Source: Octopus vulgaris (Eukaryota). Taken from it: DNA of 64,000 bases. The notes under the pieces were generated by a model. It was not told where the DNA came from, ran no database searches, and saw only the letters and a program-made list of their open reading frames with translations. Every line of letters begins with the position of its first letter. The stretch's first letter is position 1. This document shows, piece by piece, positions 1 through 15,480 of this stretch. The stretch covers positions 53,878,001-53,942,000 of the forward strand of contig OX597825.1 in assembly GCA_951406725.2 (NCBI GenBank), given 5' to 3'. A program made the translations under genes and the position numbers.

Positions 1-3000
1 TTACAGATATATGTCGTTAAAGACGAAGAAAATTTTCAATGCGCCGCACATCAATTAGCGAAATGCTTTAAGGACATATTTACTAATATTGACTTCCTCA
101 CACGAGGAAGACAATATCGTTCTATGGAAGTGAGATTTTACACAAAGAAACTGGTTCTAAAATATTCAATGACACAGTCTAAACATGAGGCTCTTCTCCT
201 CCTTCCCACTTACCTTGGTCGATGGGTGGCGAAGATTAACATTTCAGATGTGCCACCTGAAGTAGATATTTGGTGGTTGGTCGCTTGCGTAGTGGTCGAA
301 GGACCGGATTCACTTCTAGATATTGAAAAAGTATCGCAAGAACAGGTAAAACCGAAATCTTTGGACAAGACTCTCGACCTAATTGAAATTCCCAGTTCCA
401 GGTCGTGGAGGAATACAAGAAGCCGAAACGCCTCATTGGTCTAACACATATTTGTAAGCGCTCTACTCACAACAAAATGGAGGTAGAGAGATTACCCTTC
501 TTTTACCACCAACATAAGAAAACCAAACGCTACAAAACTCACTGTAGCAATAACAATCAAAGCAGAATCGTATCACAATAACGACACTAAGCTGTGCCCA
601 ACCATTCCTACAGACTGGCGACACAGAAACGGGTTTTACTGTTGACACTGGCGATTCGGAAGCTTTATCGTGTGATGAGGAGCAATTGAAACCATTAAGA
701 AGGAAACATGTCGGGGAAAGGCGAAAAAATAGTTTATAAAGGCTGTCCTAAGTTGAAAGCGAAAAGACAGGGTGAGCATTCATTTCGATGGCTATGAGAT
801 ATTCTCATAAAGTTCTCTGTCAGAAGCGGACGGTAGGTTAGCGGTGCTATTCCAAAAATCCTTAGATCTCGAAATAAGGGCAATATTCTTGGACCCGAGC
901 GGCAAGTTGGTGGTCCAAGGCGAAGGTTGTGCCTTTAGACTAGTGGCCGTTTATGCCTCGATAGGCTTCCTATCTGGCTTCGTATATGTTGCAGCTGCCG
1001 GCAGCGGATGCGATGTCCTGGAAAAAGCCGATAAAGGCGGCTTAAATACGGGAGTCGATGAGTGATTTCATAAGTCGCAAATTGCCTGCTTTGGATGGTC
1101 TGCACGATGAATTGCATGAATTCATGCCAGATTCTTTTTGGCGACCTCTTGTCAAATGTCTACCACAACTAGCCGTAGAACTGGCGAAATCCTAGTGCTG
1201 TTAGCCGGGGTCTGATGACGCTACTGAAAAAGAACGCCGATACTGAGGAGTTGCAAGGCAAATTTAGGCCCATAATTCTGATAAACACAGAGTTTAAGAT
1301 TTTCGCCAATGTGTTTGCGAAAGGTGTGACACTTGTTCCCAGTAGTCTGGTCGGTAAAGACTTCAGACCCGTTTTCAAGGACCCATTCACGGCAATGTAC
1401 AGCAGTACCTGCTCGGTAGTCAAAGTGAAAGGCAACCTATCGGAAGCGCTTCGATTCGCAGACTCAGTCTGCCGGGGCTGCCCGCTGTCGCCTCTTCTGT
1501 TAGTGATTGCTCTCGAGCCGCTGCAGTGGAAGCTAAAACTGGTAAGGGCATCTTTCTCGAACTGGAACAAAAGAGGGCAGTGTCGGCATATTTAAACATC
1601 ACAGTTATACAGTCGGACGCTATCGATGTGAGGATTGTTGGCACCATTCTTCAGGAATAAAGGTCGGTTGCAGGTGCCAAAATCAAGGGCGACAAGTCAG
1701 TGGAATTGCAGCTGGATAACTGGAGAGGTAGACTAATGCCGTCGGGTGGCGTCGTGGGACTTTGGACTGACAGACCGGTTAAACTTCTTAGGTCAGGTTC
1801 GGTCCCCACTTCTAGGTAGATAAGAACTGGAACGAGTTGACTGGCAGGGTAACCAGCCTTACCCAGAAACGGGCTGAGAGAAAACTGTGTCTGAAGGTCG
1901 GGCACAGATGGCGATTGCCTCCACAGCCTTCTTTATCAGCTATCGCCTGACTCTCACACTCTACTCCCGTTAATGCTTGACCAGGTTGGAGCTTTTCTTA
2001 TTTAGATTCTTGTGGAAGGGAGGTTTCCAATGGTTAGGCGGTTAGCCTGCTGCCAACACCCTGTGTGTGGTGGCTTCTGATGTAAAAGCACGCACTTAGG
2101 TTGCACCACTTGTGTGGGCACCGTTTGCGAGACATGTCTTCCCGTAGTTCGTTTCCTTGGCGGAGCTGTTGTTCTAGATCAAGCAAAGACCGAGATTGGA
2201 CGCCTGGCACCTAAAAAGGCGTCAGGCTCTCACAGCCCTCTACCAGTGGAGCAATGGTATCAATGGAAGTTCTATTTTAGTAATATATAGACAATCAATG
2301 TCGGGGAGGTTGCGACAACGTTCCCGGAGAGCCTCTGGGCGTCGACGAAAGCAAACTGGTTAGCCTGTTTCGGAGGACTTTCTGGTCAAGGACGACCATG
2401 GGTAATTTCTTGATGTCTTTGGCATGAGTGTCACTGAGGGGCGCTTTCAGTTCAAGATAAACTCTATAGATACGGATGCCCTCGCAGAAGGGTTTGTCAG
2501 AGGTGGACGCAGAGCGATGAAACCGTTATGCACGCACTCGTTCAGTGTCCGGGCACTGTCGCGTCTAGGATGGATCCATCTATAGGCCGAGGCCATAGTG
2601 AAGATTGTCCCACGGAGTAATTTTTTAATCTGGCAGATTATGTAGATTTTCTTTGCCTAGTGACGCTGTCGAAAGAGTTTGTCTGGTGGATGAGGCTGAA
2701 CGTCATAAGGACAGACTTTCCTCTTCAGTAGAGCTCTCACCGACCTCTTGAAGTTTTGTTTAAAAAGAAGGTAATGATGGAAAGCTAGGTGATGTTTTCA
2801 AGTGAATCTATTGAAAGTTGCGAAAATGACAAGGGTGAAGGGTGCCGCTCACAGAAGAGATCTGTGAATCATAGAACAAGAATTGAAGGGTGCATCTTCC
2901 ATTGGTGTTCTGAGAGTTATTGGTCAGTGGGTTTCCTCGGTTATCCCTAGAAGTCCTCCAGTGTTAAGAGGAGCATATCACTATCATCATACCTTCCTTT

Positions 3001-3155
3001 TATTTTATTTTATTTTAACTATTGTTTACTATCTTATTGTATAGTGTATATATTTTCTATACATTTTATTCATTCATTTTATGTAAACCACGACACTGGA
3101 TATCTGTCTTTGTATTATCCCACTAATCCCCCGTCCTAGTGGTGAATAAAGAGAA
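1..3155 (+). mobile_element. Decayed Tx1/L1-clade non-LTR retrotransposon (ORF1 remnant, EN, RT, C-terminal CCHC, 3' tail); 5' end lies outside the window
   Basis: ORF1 motif FLTRGRQYRSMEVRF...LLPTYLGRWVAKI (about 90-300). RT motifs FRPIILINTEFKIFANVFAK and SVCRGCPLSPLLLVIALEPL (ORF 1215-1595). Zinc-finger relic C..DETVMHALVQCP near 2495-2550. Ends in AATAAAGAGAAA at about 3145-3156, followed by (TTA)n. Many stops and frameshifts. Confidence 0.85.
1215..1595 (+). pseudogene. Internally deleted reverse transcriptase fragment of the Tx1/L1 element
   Basis: RPIxLxNxxxKIxA and GCPLSPLL motifs typical of L1/Tx1 RT; part of the intervening region appears deleted. Confidence 0.85.
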
Positions 3156-5060
<1,905 letters not shown>

Positions 5061-5782
5061 TGTTTACATATATATATTCTTTGCAAATGAAATGTATTTA
5101 CAAATATACACTATCTGAAGCAGCACGCGTGTAGGTTAGCGAATAATATTGTTTTTCGTATCATATCATTTTCGATTGTTTATTTTTGTGAAATTCTTCC
5201 CAGGCAATCCTGATATTGAATCCAATTTAATTTGTTCCCATCACAAATGATAATAGTTAATGCATAAAATATATCATAGAAAGAAAGGAAGACAAAAAAC
5301 ATAAATGAAATTAAATAAAAATTAAAGAAAAATATAGCATATTTGCTTCGGTGATTGGAGATTATTTCTGTTGTTTGAAAAATGCGTGTTCAAAGCGTAC
5401 AAGATTGTCATAGGTCCGCCATTTGTTTTATATTTCTCTTCTATATTCTTTCATATTGTATCTACTACGAATGAATTAATTTACCACACTTGAATTCATA
5501 TCACGATCACTGCATCCACAAGATCACGTGTTCGTTTTCTGAAACATATAGAGTCGTTATTGTTGATACTGTTGCTACTGCTGCTGCTAATGTTGTTATT
5601 GTTATCGTTGCATGTTTGTCTTTCATCGTTTTATTATTGGAGACTGAGTCATTGTAAACATCAGAGATATACAGTGTATCTGTAGCTTAGTTATTGTTTA
5701 CAATTATACGTATTTCACACATATATTTACACACGTTTATGTATATATATATACATATATGTCTATGTTTGTGAATTAGTTT

Positions 5783-5824
<42 letters not shown>

Positions 5825-5964
5825 ATGTATGTGTAGGTATATGTATGTTTAGAGGCAAATGAATATTCATGCAGAACAATATATACATGTATACATTTGT
5901 ATGTTACTGCATATTTCCACGCACTTTCTTGTTATATGTGCGTATGTCATTATTCCGTTTTATT

Positions 5965-7920
5965 CCAAGATTTCTTACCGATAGTGAAAGAGCCGGTTTC
6001 TAACCTAGGTCCAAGAGGCTCCGTCGTAGGAATTTCATCCTCAACAACAGGGTATGTATGTATGCATGTATGTATGAATGTATGTATGTATATATTTGTG
6101 CAGATTTGTATATTTTGTTTTATGTATGTATTCTCATGCATATAGTTGCACATCTAGACATGCTTATATATATTTAAATGTTCTCCTTTTTTATTATGAG
6201 TAGCTCTGGATTTTTCCATACTATGGGTTCCTATTTCTTTGTCGTTAGATATATCCTTCTGACGTATTTCATGATAGAGTGTCCTAGCTACATCATATCT
6301 CATCCGTAGATAATACCGAGGTGAAATTTTCAGATAATTGCTTATGATGTGGGTGTTAACTCACGAAGTTTTATGATGTAGGTGTTAACTCTACAAATTC
6401 TGCATCATTTGTCACATTTTACTGGTTTTCTTGAGACTCTATCCCCTTTGTGCATCAGGTGTTTGGTTGATACTTCTTGCTGTTGGATTGCAAACGCATA
6501 CCCTTCAATGTAGTAATCCGGCTATTGGTCCATGATAGGCTGCTTTGATGATCAATGTTACTATCATCCTGGAGCGTTGCAGTAGAGTCGTGCGAGTTCT
6601 TTGGGCATATATTTTAGGTTATCAGCTAAGGAATGTTGCTCAAGGAGCTGCCTTCCAAGTCATATGATGTTATCAGCTTCATGTATGCAAACTTGGTCAA
6701 GGGACGCACTTCGAGACCTGGTGCTTAAAAGATTTTGCCGAAAGGATATGCTAAGCCTCTGCCGTTTTGTTTTCGTTTTAGGTTGAGACGATCTACGTTA
6801 CTGTTTATGTGGAAATTATGTGTGCTCGTTAGTATTTTTCGGGTTTTCTCATCAATGACTCGGATCTCATCCGAGTCCAATCAAACAGTCCAAATGAGTA
6901 CTGGCACTGTAAATACACTGTGGGCAACTATTTTATTGAATGCAGAGAGTTTTGAGGTTCATTTTTTTTTTTATTTGGCTGTAGTATTCTTTAGTGACAC
7001 GTGTTTTGTTACAGGTGCCATTGTAAGATGTTTTCATCCACCGCTAGATACATGTAACATTCTTCGTCAGATATAGGCAAAACAGTTGAATCATTGATGG
7101 AAATGTTTCTCGTCTGATTTAGAATTTTTCCTTCTTTTCACAACCATACAACAATATTTATCGTGATCAAAATCCTACCCGGCATCCTTTGAAATTGTTG
7201 TAACTAGGTCAAGGCTCTTTTTCATCTGGTGCATATTCTTTGCATAATGTTTCAAGTCGTCCACAAAGAAACAGTGTGTAATTTTTGTATTTCTGTTTGC
7301 TAGTGAATCAGCGAGATATCCTTCAGACTTCCTTAACATGAATTACAAGGGTTTACAGAAAGTATAAACATCACAGAAAGGCTGTCCCCTTGAAATATAT
7401 CTTTGCGATACTGTATTCTACCAGTAAGGTATTCTACAGTCATTCTTTGTATTTAATTTCAAGATGGTGGCCCACGACGATGTCAGGCTAACTATGACTT
7501 TGACTATGTTCACTGGAACTTTAGCAAGCTGAAGGGCTTCTAGCATCCATGGAAGGGAAACAGAGTTAAAATCTTTGTTGCAGTCTAACCACGTTGATTA
7601 ACGTTGCTCGACATATCCCCAGACTCCGTTCTTCCCAGCTGCTTGACCCGTTGGTTCCAGAATGATCTTGAAGTAAGACATTTATGCATGGTGTATATAT
7701 TTAAACATTAAGTTCTGGCATGCTATTGGCCGGTAGTTTTTACCTTGTGGGTGGTCCTGCATTTGGGGATCAATTTTGTCTCTGCCAGAACTAACCAGTG
7801 TGTTATGCTACTGTTCCCATTGAGCGCTTGCTAGTACAGATTGGTATGGTCGGTAGAAGGTTAGGTTCTTAAATCAGCATCCAATAATCAAGTCGTTTCC
7901 AGACGCTTTACCATCCTGGA
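5965..7920 (-). mobile_element. Decayed R4/Dong-like (RLE-type) non-LTR retrotransposon
   Basis: Minus-strand translations: KNYRPIACQNL (about 7710-7742), WLDCNKDFNSV (about 7560-7592), IFQGDS (about 7382-7400), ITHCFFVDDLK (about 7252-7284), CRIC zinc finger (about 6390-6405) and an RHD-like RYDVARTLY (about 6273-6300). The 3' boundary is approximate. Confidence 0.8.
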
Positions 7921-7923
7921 GTT

Positions 7924-8001
<78 letters not shown>

Positions 8002-8006
8002 TAGAC

Positions 8007-8060
<54 letters not shown>
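7924..8060. repeat. (TC)n(TA)n(GA)n palindrome followed by (GATA)n
   Basis: Directly visible. Confidence 0.95.
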
Positions 8061-8061
<1 letters not shown>

Positions 8062-8908
8062 ACTATACTTTTGCTTTAAGTATATAATATTCTATTGTAA
8101 GTTACTAAATTGTAATTATGTTTCCAGTTCCATTACTTATTCTAACATATCAGGCATTACTCCGAGTTTCCCTATTTGTGCTATGTTGGACTCCATATGA
8201 AAACGTGTAAGAATTGTGCTAAATTGTCGTATACGTGCACTGATGTGAATCGATGTTTTTTCTTTCGATTTTTGCATAATTGAGAGGAAGAGGAAGGTGC
8301 CGCTGAAATGTATTTTCTTTTGAAAACACCGAGAACAGTCAGACATGTGTTTAGAATAAGACAGAATGTGTGTATGTCTGCAGTAAATAAATTTTATAAG
8401 ATATACAATACACTTCTGGATTTGTTTTTTTTTTTTTTTGATAAATATTAAGACACAAAGAGGGAGACAGAGAGAGATGGGGGAAATAGAGGGAAAAATA
8501 CGTCGTGTGTAACTGTCTAGAATGAGTTTTCTGCTTCCTAGTTCAAAGGAACATAATCCATTATAGTAATATAAGAATAAAGAAACGAAAGAGCAGTTTT
8601 GTGAATCAACGGTTGTAAAATGATGGTAAGTAAATATTACCCTTTTTGCGCGAGGGCCTTCTTCCCCATGCGTTCACAGTTATTAATGTTTAACAACAAC
8701 AGCTTATCAGTTCTCCAACGTTGTACTAGAGAACGGAAATATATTCCACCGAAGAACAGAGGTTTATTATATAATGGGCTAACAATATTTGCTTAAAGCA
8801 ATTTTCGCAGGGCGGTTTTGAAGTTTCTTTATTAAGTGTTGTTCATGTTGCTGACAGTGGGATTCGAGAAGCTTCGTTTGATGTTGTGGAATTGTTGTTG
8901 GTCTATGC

Positions 8909-9265
8909 CAGTTGTTCTCAGCCACGTTCCATATGGTTCTTGCGGGGTCCATATAAAATTTTACTGTTAAAATTGATGAGCGATAAATTCATGTTACTTC
9001 CAGAATACATAATTTAATTCTTAATACAATTACTGATAACATTCAATTATAAAAATACAGTACCATTTTCTTTTTTTTAACATACATTGAATGGCTATGG
9101 AGGTACAATAGAGTAAAATCGGAATTCTTTATACAATTTCTGATAATATTCAATTAAAAAATACAATAATAATTTTGTTTAATATACAGTGAATAGCTAT
9201 GGAGGTACACTAGAATAAAATTGGAATGAAAGGAATCCATAGTTTAAAATGGTTGAGAACCGCTT
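8909..9265. mobile_element. hAT (Charlie/Buster-type) MITE with an internal tandem duplication of about 105 bp
   Basis: TIRs CAGTTGTTCTCAGCC (8909) and GGTTGAGAACCGCTT (9251-9265) resemble CAGTGGTTCTCAACC. Degenerate 8-bp flanks GTCTATGC / CTCTGTGA. Duplicated units at about 9021-9126 and 9127-9228. Confidence 0.7.
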
Positions 9266-9802
9266 CTCTGTGATATTAAAAAAAGAATTGTTCGTCATGT
9301 ACCTTATAAAATATGATTTCAGTGTCTGCGTTTACAGTGAAGTGGTGCGAGGATCATGTTACCAATATATGGTGATTCTGTGCGGAAAGTTAAGGTGGAA
9401 TCGTAAAGTATCTTTAAAATTGTCAAATGCCACTTGCCACTGTTATGCAATACAGAAGAGCAAGCTTTCGGTAATCTGACTCTAGTGCGATAAGTCGAGT
9501 TGTTCTTTTGAATCGGAATTTAAAGATAATGGACATGATTCGAAAAGGGTCAATCTTAGAGCTTCTCTTTGTAAGTCACCAGAACCATCTGCTTACATAC
9601 GTGCCAATTCATCTTCCAATTTGTTTTATCGTTTATTATATTTCATGATCTCAATATACATATTCTTGTCAACAATACCAATGGAAAATTAGTTCTTGTT
9701 CTCATCACCTAGTAAACTCTGCATCACCTGTCTGATCTCATTCGAAATATTTACCTATATATATATGTGTGTGCGTGTGTGTATATGTGTGTATGTGTGT
9801 GT

Positions 9803-10221
9803 GAGTGTGGCAAGAAGCTCGCTTCTCCATCACATGGTTCTAAGTTCAGTTCCACATGCATCGCACATTGAGTGAGTATCTTCTGCTATACCGGCCAATG
9901 CCTTGTGAGTGAATTTGGTAGACGGAAATTGAAAGAAGCTCGTCGTATATATATATGAATGTATGCATGTGTTTGTGTGTGTCTGTCTGTTCGTGTCTGT
10001 GTCTATCTGACTGTCTGATTTTACCCCCCACCACCGCTTGACAACCAGTGTTGGTGTGTTTACATCTCCGTAACGTAGCGGTTCGACAAAAGATCTCAAT
10101 AATATAAGAGTCAGCTTTAAAAACACAAGAGCGGGGCTCAATTTATTCGACTGAAAGTTCCTCAAGGTGGTGCCACAGAACGGCCACAGTCTAAAGACTG
10201 AAACAAGTCAACGATAAAAGA
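9803..10221 (+). mobile_element. tRNA-derived SINE with internal microsatellite (family repeated several times in the window)
   Basis: Degenerate head, body GCCTTGTGAGTGAATTTGGTAGACGGAAATTGAAAGAAGC and 3' part CGCTTGACAACC...GGTGTGTTTAC...GACTGAAACAAG are shared with copies at 19.3, 28.1 and 30.2 kb. Confidence 0.75.
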
Positions 10222-12973
10222 TATATGTGTGCGAGCGTGTGTGCGTATGCGTATGTGTGTGTGTATGCGTGTGTGTATGTGTGTGTGTGTGTGCACGCGT
10301 ATGTTTGCGTGCGTGTGTGTGTTGTTAACGATGTAAACTTAATTAATTCAGAATATCACTATATATATCTAATTTACGTGCATATAAGGTAAGAAAACGA
10401 CAAAGCTACGGTATTTGTCTTGAGGAACCAACATGCATAGACATATAATGCTGAAAAGCATATATCAGTGGCACAGAAAAAGTCGTCCAGCAGCGGCGGT
10501 GAAACTGCTTGAACTGGGATTTCTTCGTATTTGTGCCTTATTAGTGGCAAGTGCCCACTATAATCTACAAGCTTAGTCAAATTTCGCTTCAGCCGATATG
10601 GTGTCACAAGTGGACGCGAAGCTGGTTAAAAATTCGGTTTTCGAGAGCGTGTTGCATTTTATTCTCTGCTCTACATGTCGTGAAACCCTCTGAATGTGTG
10701 TTCACAATTCTGCTGAATGCTATATGTATGCAACAGTCAATAAAACAAAGTAATTTATTATATGTACATATGTATTATAAAATATATATTAATGAATGAC
10801 ACATCTCCCATGTTCTACTTTAAAGTAAGATTTAATGTCAAATTTTTTATTTCAAGTGAAAAATAGGGGAAAAAAAGAATGTAGCGATTGCGAAAGATGA
10901 AGAAGGGAAAAAAGATTTTAATATAACTAGTAATCTCGGAGGTGTACTTGCCAGGCAAATAATTTGTGTAAAACATACAAAGACTTTTAACTTCACTTAA
11001 ACAATTATTATTTATTATTTGGTGTCAAAATCTTTCGAGGCGTGAACTGCGCCAGGGTTGTTTGTGTTTTTTTTTTCTTTTGTTTGTTTTATGTTTTGAT
11101 GTATATAGGTCAGTCGTTTTGGTTGCGTGCTCATGACTGGTCAATTGTCTATAATATTTGGTTGTGTTTTGCGTATTCTTTCTTCTCCTTTTCTTCCTCT
11201 ATTCTTTTGACTGCGTATGCAGTGATTCACAGTATCAAAGATGTGAGGAAAGGATTATCGCAGAAGGGCATGTAAAAGTAGTACTGGTTGTAACAACACA
11301 GCATCCGCAGCGGTCGCAGCAGCAGCAGCAGCCGTTCAAGAATTTGGACCTGGAGATCTCCATTTCCAGCGACTTCGAGGGCCACCCCCCAGTGGTGTCG
11401 GGTGTCAACGAAGAGCGCTCGACTACAAGACGACCAAAGTTTCTTTTTTTCCCCAGATCTGGGGTCTCCTGCCCCTAAGCCCTAGACCATCACCTAATCA
11501 CCCTTACCCGCCTTGTTGCTTAACAACAACAGCAACAGCAACAGCAGTACTACTAGTAGTAAATTGGTGTCGGTGGTAACATTGGACGACAGTTAATACT
11601 AGCTTGTTTAACTCTCATTATATGCTGCCATGTTATTCTCCCCAGGAATATTGTATTAATTTTGGTTATAGTGTTGGCATTTCAAGGACCATATCCTTTA
11701 GGAGTATGTTATTCACGTGCAGCGATATTCTCACTTAAACTTATAGGTTAAATTTTGTTTCGCTACAATTAATAAATGACACTCTTAATATAGAGACACA
11801 TGCAAAGCCTCTAAATTACTTCGAAAGTTTTCATGAATTTAATTTCTTACTAGATTATAATTAGTGTCTAAGTATCTTGCAGTTTATTTTTTATCAAATC
11901 GGTGTATGTTTGGGGACAAATAAGTGATGATCATTAAATGGAAGACGTCATACAATGAAATGAATTGATTGTCTGTCAGATAATATATCTCTCAGTGTGA
12001 AATAAGGATATAAATAAATAATATTATAGATGTATGTGTGTGTATGTATGCATTATATCCTAGAAGTTCTTTTGTTTAAAAGCCGTCAGCTATTTGTAAG
12101 TTTAAGATTGGATAATGTAAATTTGATATTAGACATTGCAACGGGGTTAAAGAAGAAAAATGAATTATTTATGCTGAAACAAAATGAGTTGTGAATTATA
12201 TATAAGAAGCTAACTTTGAAACAATAACTGTGAGAACTAAAAACAACAAAAAGCACAATAATAATGTAAACACTAAGAAAATGTGTCACTTCTCATTGCT
12301 CGTCAGATAACGCAGCAGTAAGCTCGAGTGAGTAGACAGTCTGTATTCAGCTGCATTTGTGGAGAGAGGTTGATAAATAGATAGAACTAGAGGTACAAGG
12401 AAGATATACTAGTTGTATATTAAATATATGAGTTGTGGAAGTAACGGATAATGTATGGGTGAATTATGAGTGAACGTTCATAAGTTGTATTTGTATGATG
12501 AATAGATATGGCCAAGTCAAGAAAATCATGAACTCATTTCGAAATTCAGTCTTTACGGTTCATAATAATGAAATAGTCCATGGATTCGAGTCAACAATTT
12601 CAGTCAACCACTTCGATGTAGTTAAAGAAGATTCCGAAGATGCCCTTGCTCTATTCCTGAAGGGTGGCCATAATATCTTAATTGGACTCTCAAAAGAAGA
12701 GTGTTTGTTGAAGTACGGTACACGATTAACGACCTCCGTTTCTGGGACCTTACACCAAAGATGTTGCGACACTTTGTGTAGGCATTTCAGAAATAATTTA
12801 TTGAATTCATGAACTACAGATTTACGGAATAACGAGTTCAAATATTGTTTGGTCTTGCTATGATATTTTTGCATGGAACTCTACATTTTATGTTGTCTGG
12901 AAGAATATGTTGTCGTAAATTATTAGATTATTACAATCGATCACATGGAACATTTAAAAAGGAACGTCACCTA

Positions 12974-13015
<42 letters not shown>

Positions 13016-14754
13016 CACACCACAAATGATCGACTTTATTGATGTCTACACTATCATCACACACTATAAATTTCGCACCTTTAACCACTCTATTGTGATA
13101 CACATGGTCCAAATATTTCACCGTTCCTCAACAAGCAAATTCACACATTTAAAACGATGACACCTTAAAGTAATAATGTACCTGACAATTTGACCACAAA
13201 TATACAAACATGTAGGATGGTGACGGCCTGAACGCCTTTTATCTTAAAACTGCTGAGTGACGAGTAATCTGTTATTCATCAGCAAACACAAGTATTACAG
13301 TGTGTGAACAGAACTTACAATTGCAAGGGAATTGTTCTCAGTGTAAATACTGTCTCATCGCGATTTCAACCTTGTAATGTGTCATTAGCATATATGATAT
13401 TAATGATATTTACCACTATCCATGCTGCGTCAATGTTGTATAGGTACATCTTGCTGAAACTGGTGCCACGAAATTCCTTTAGATTTATTATTTTGCATAG
13501 TGCAAAGTTCGTATAAATGATGGGGATCGTTCATTATCTAAGTGTTCTGCATCTTCTTTCGGAGACTTTTGTTATGTGCATAATTTAACCATAATTCGAG
13601 AATCTGCTTTTTGAATGTTAAGATAAAAATTTTTCTAAGAACTCTACACCTTGTACATAAGCTTTACTATATAATATATTATTTATGCAATCACTAAAAT
13701 ACTTTAATTGGGCTTACTGCTTATATACAGGTTTATGTAGGTGGCAGATTTACACGTATGAATCAATGGTAACTTGAAATTCGGGTCGATTACAAACTAG
13801 AAATTCGATCCTTTATTGGGTTAAATATTGGTGGAAATTTTCAATTTTTTAATTAAATGTTTAATGATTTGAAATTACATTTTTAGTAATAGACTTGCGC
13901 ATATATTTCAATGTGTTGCTGACGAAAATTAATATAACAGAACAGAATTTGAACTTATAACAATTAAAGAAGCTAGGTACTTTAATTCATTTAGTTGTCT
14001 TATGACAAACGTCCAATACATTCCACCTTTTTTTATATTTATTTTCTGGCATATATTTCTCAGAAGTCACCTATATTTCTAATATTCACTAAGACGAGAA
14101 AAGCATGAACGTCGCTCAATCTTGGTATAGCTTCTCCATTAAAACTTCGCCATTTTGTTACTCACACATATATCATTAATCATTAATCAGCAATTTATTA
14201 TACAATAACCAATATATTATAATGTTTGCTTAACCAAAATTTGTTTTATATTTATAGTTTTTTAAAATACCTTTTCGTTTCTTTTTTTCTCACTATCTAT
14301 AAGTTTCCAAAACTTATCTGTCAGTGTATAAGCAATAAGAAGCAATAAGAGCAAAAGTTAATATATACAAAATGCTGCATCCTATTATGAGAAGCAAAGA
14401 AATAATGCAAATAAAACAACAGCAACAACAACAACCTCAACAATCACAACAACAACAACAACTAAGGGAAATAAACAAACAAACTGAACATAGTCTAAAC
14501 AAAGTCCCAAAAGCAAAACTAAAGAAAACAGTGACGAATCAGTGAAGCATATAAAATGGAAGCATCAGCAGTATTTAGTGGAAACGATTCATGATTGGGT
14601 GCACAGCTAACAGAAAATACCTAGCAGCTTTAGCTAATTGTGGATGAAGACGCAGTTAAGCATGAAATCACTTCACGAAATGGCTTTGTGTGCTACCAAC
14701 AAAACAGCTTATTGTTGTTGATGCTGTGACGGTTTTTGTTCATTTATATTACCA

Positions 14755-14774
14755 ACTATTATTATTATTATTCT

Positions 14775-14834
<60 letters not shown>

Positions 14835-15359
14835 CACTACTACTGCTGCTACCACTACTGCTGCTGCTGATACTACTACTACTACTGCTGCTACTACTAC
14901 TACTAAAACTAAAACTACTTATATTACAACGACTACTAGAATTACTACTATTACTGCTATTACTACTGCTACTACTTCTTCTACTACTACTACTACTACT
15001 ATCGGCAGTAGTTGTATCAGTAGCAGTAGCAGTAGCAATAGCAGTAATAGTAATTCTAGCAATTGTAGCAATATAAGTAGTTTTAGTAGTAACAGTAGTA
15101 GTTGGAGCAGCAGCAGCAGTAGTAGTAGTAGTAATTGCAGTAGTAGCAGTAGTAGCAATAGTAGTAGTAGCAGCAGTACCAGGCGTTGTATTTTTATGTG
15201 AATATTGATACGTTGCAGCAATAGTAGTACTATCAAACCTTTAAAATCGTGACCACCACCACCACCATAATCATCATAATCATCATCCTCATCATCATTG
15301 TCATCGTCATCATCATCATCATCATCATCGTCGTCATCATCGTTGTTGTTTTCATCGAT

Positions 15360-15406
<47 letters not shown>

Positions 15407-15408
15407 TG

Positions 15409-15443
<35 letters not shown>

Positions 15444-15480
15444 TTCAACAACAACAGCAGCAATAACAACAACAGCGGCT
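14755..15480. repeat. Compound trinucleotide microsatellite (CTA/CTG)n-(GTA/GCA)n-(CAT)n
   Basis: Directly visible. Confidence 0.95.
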
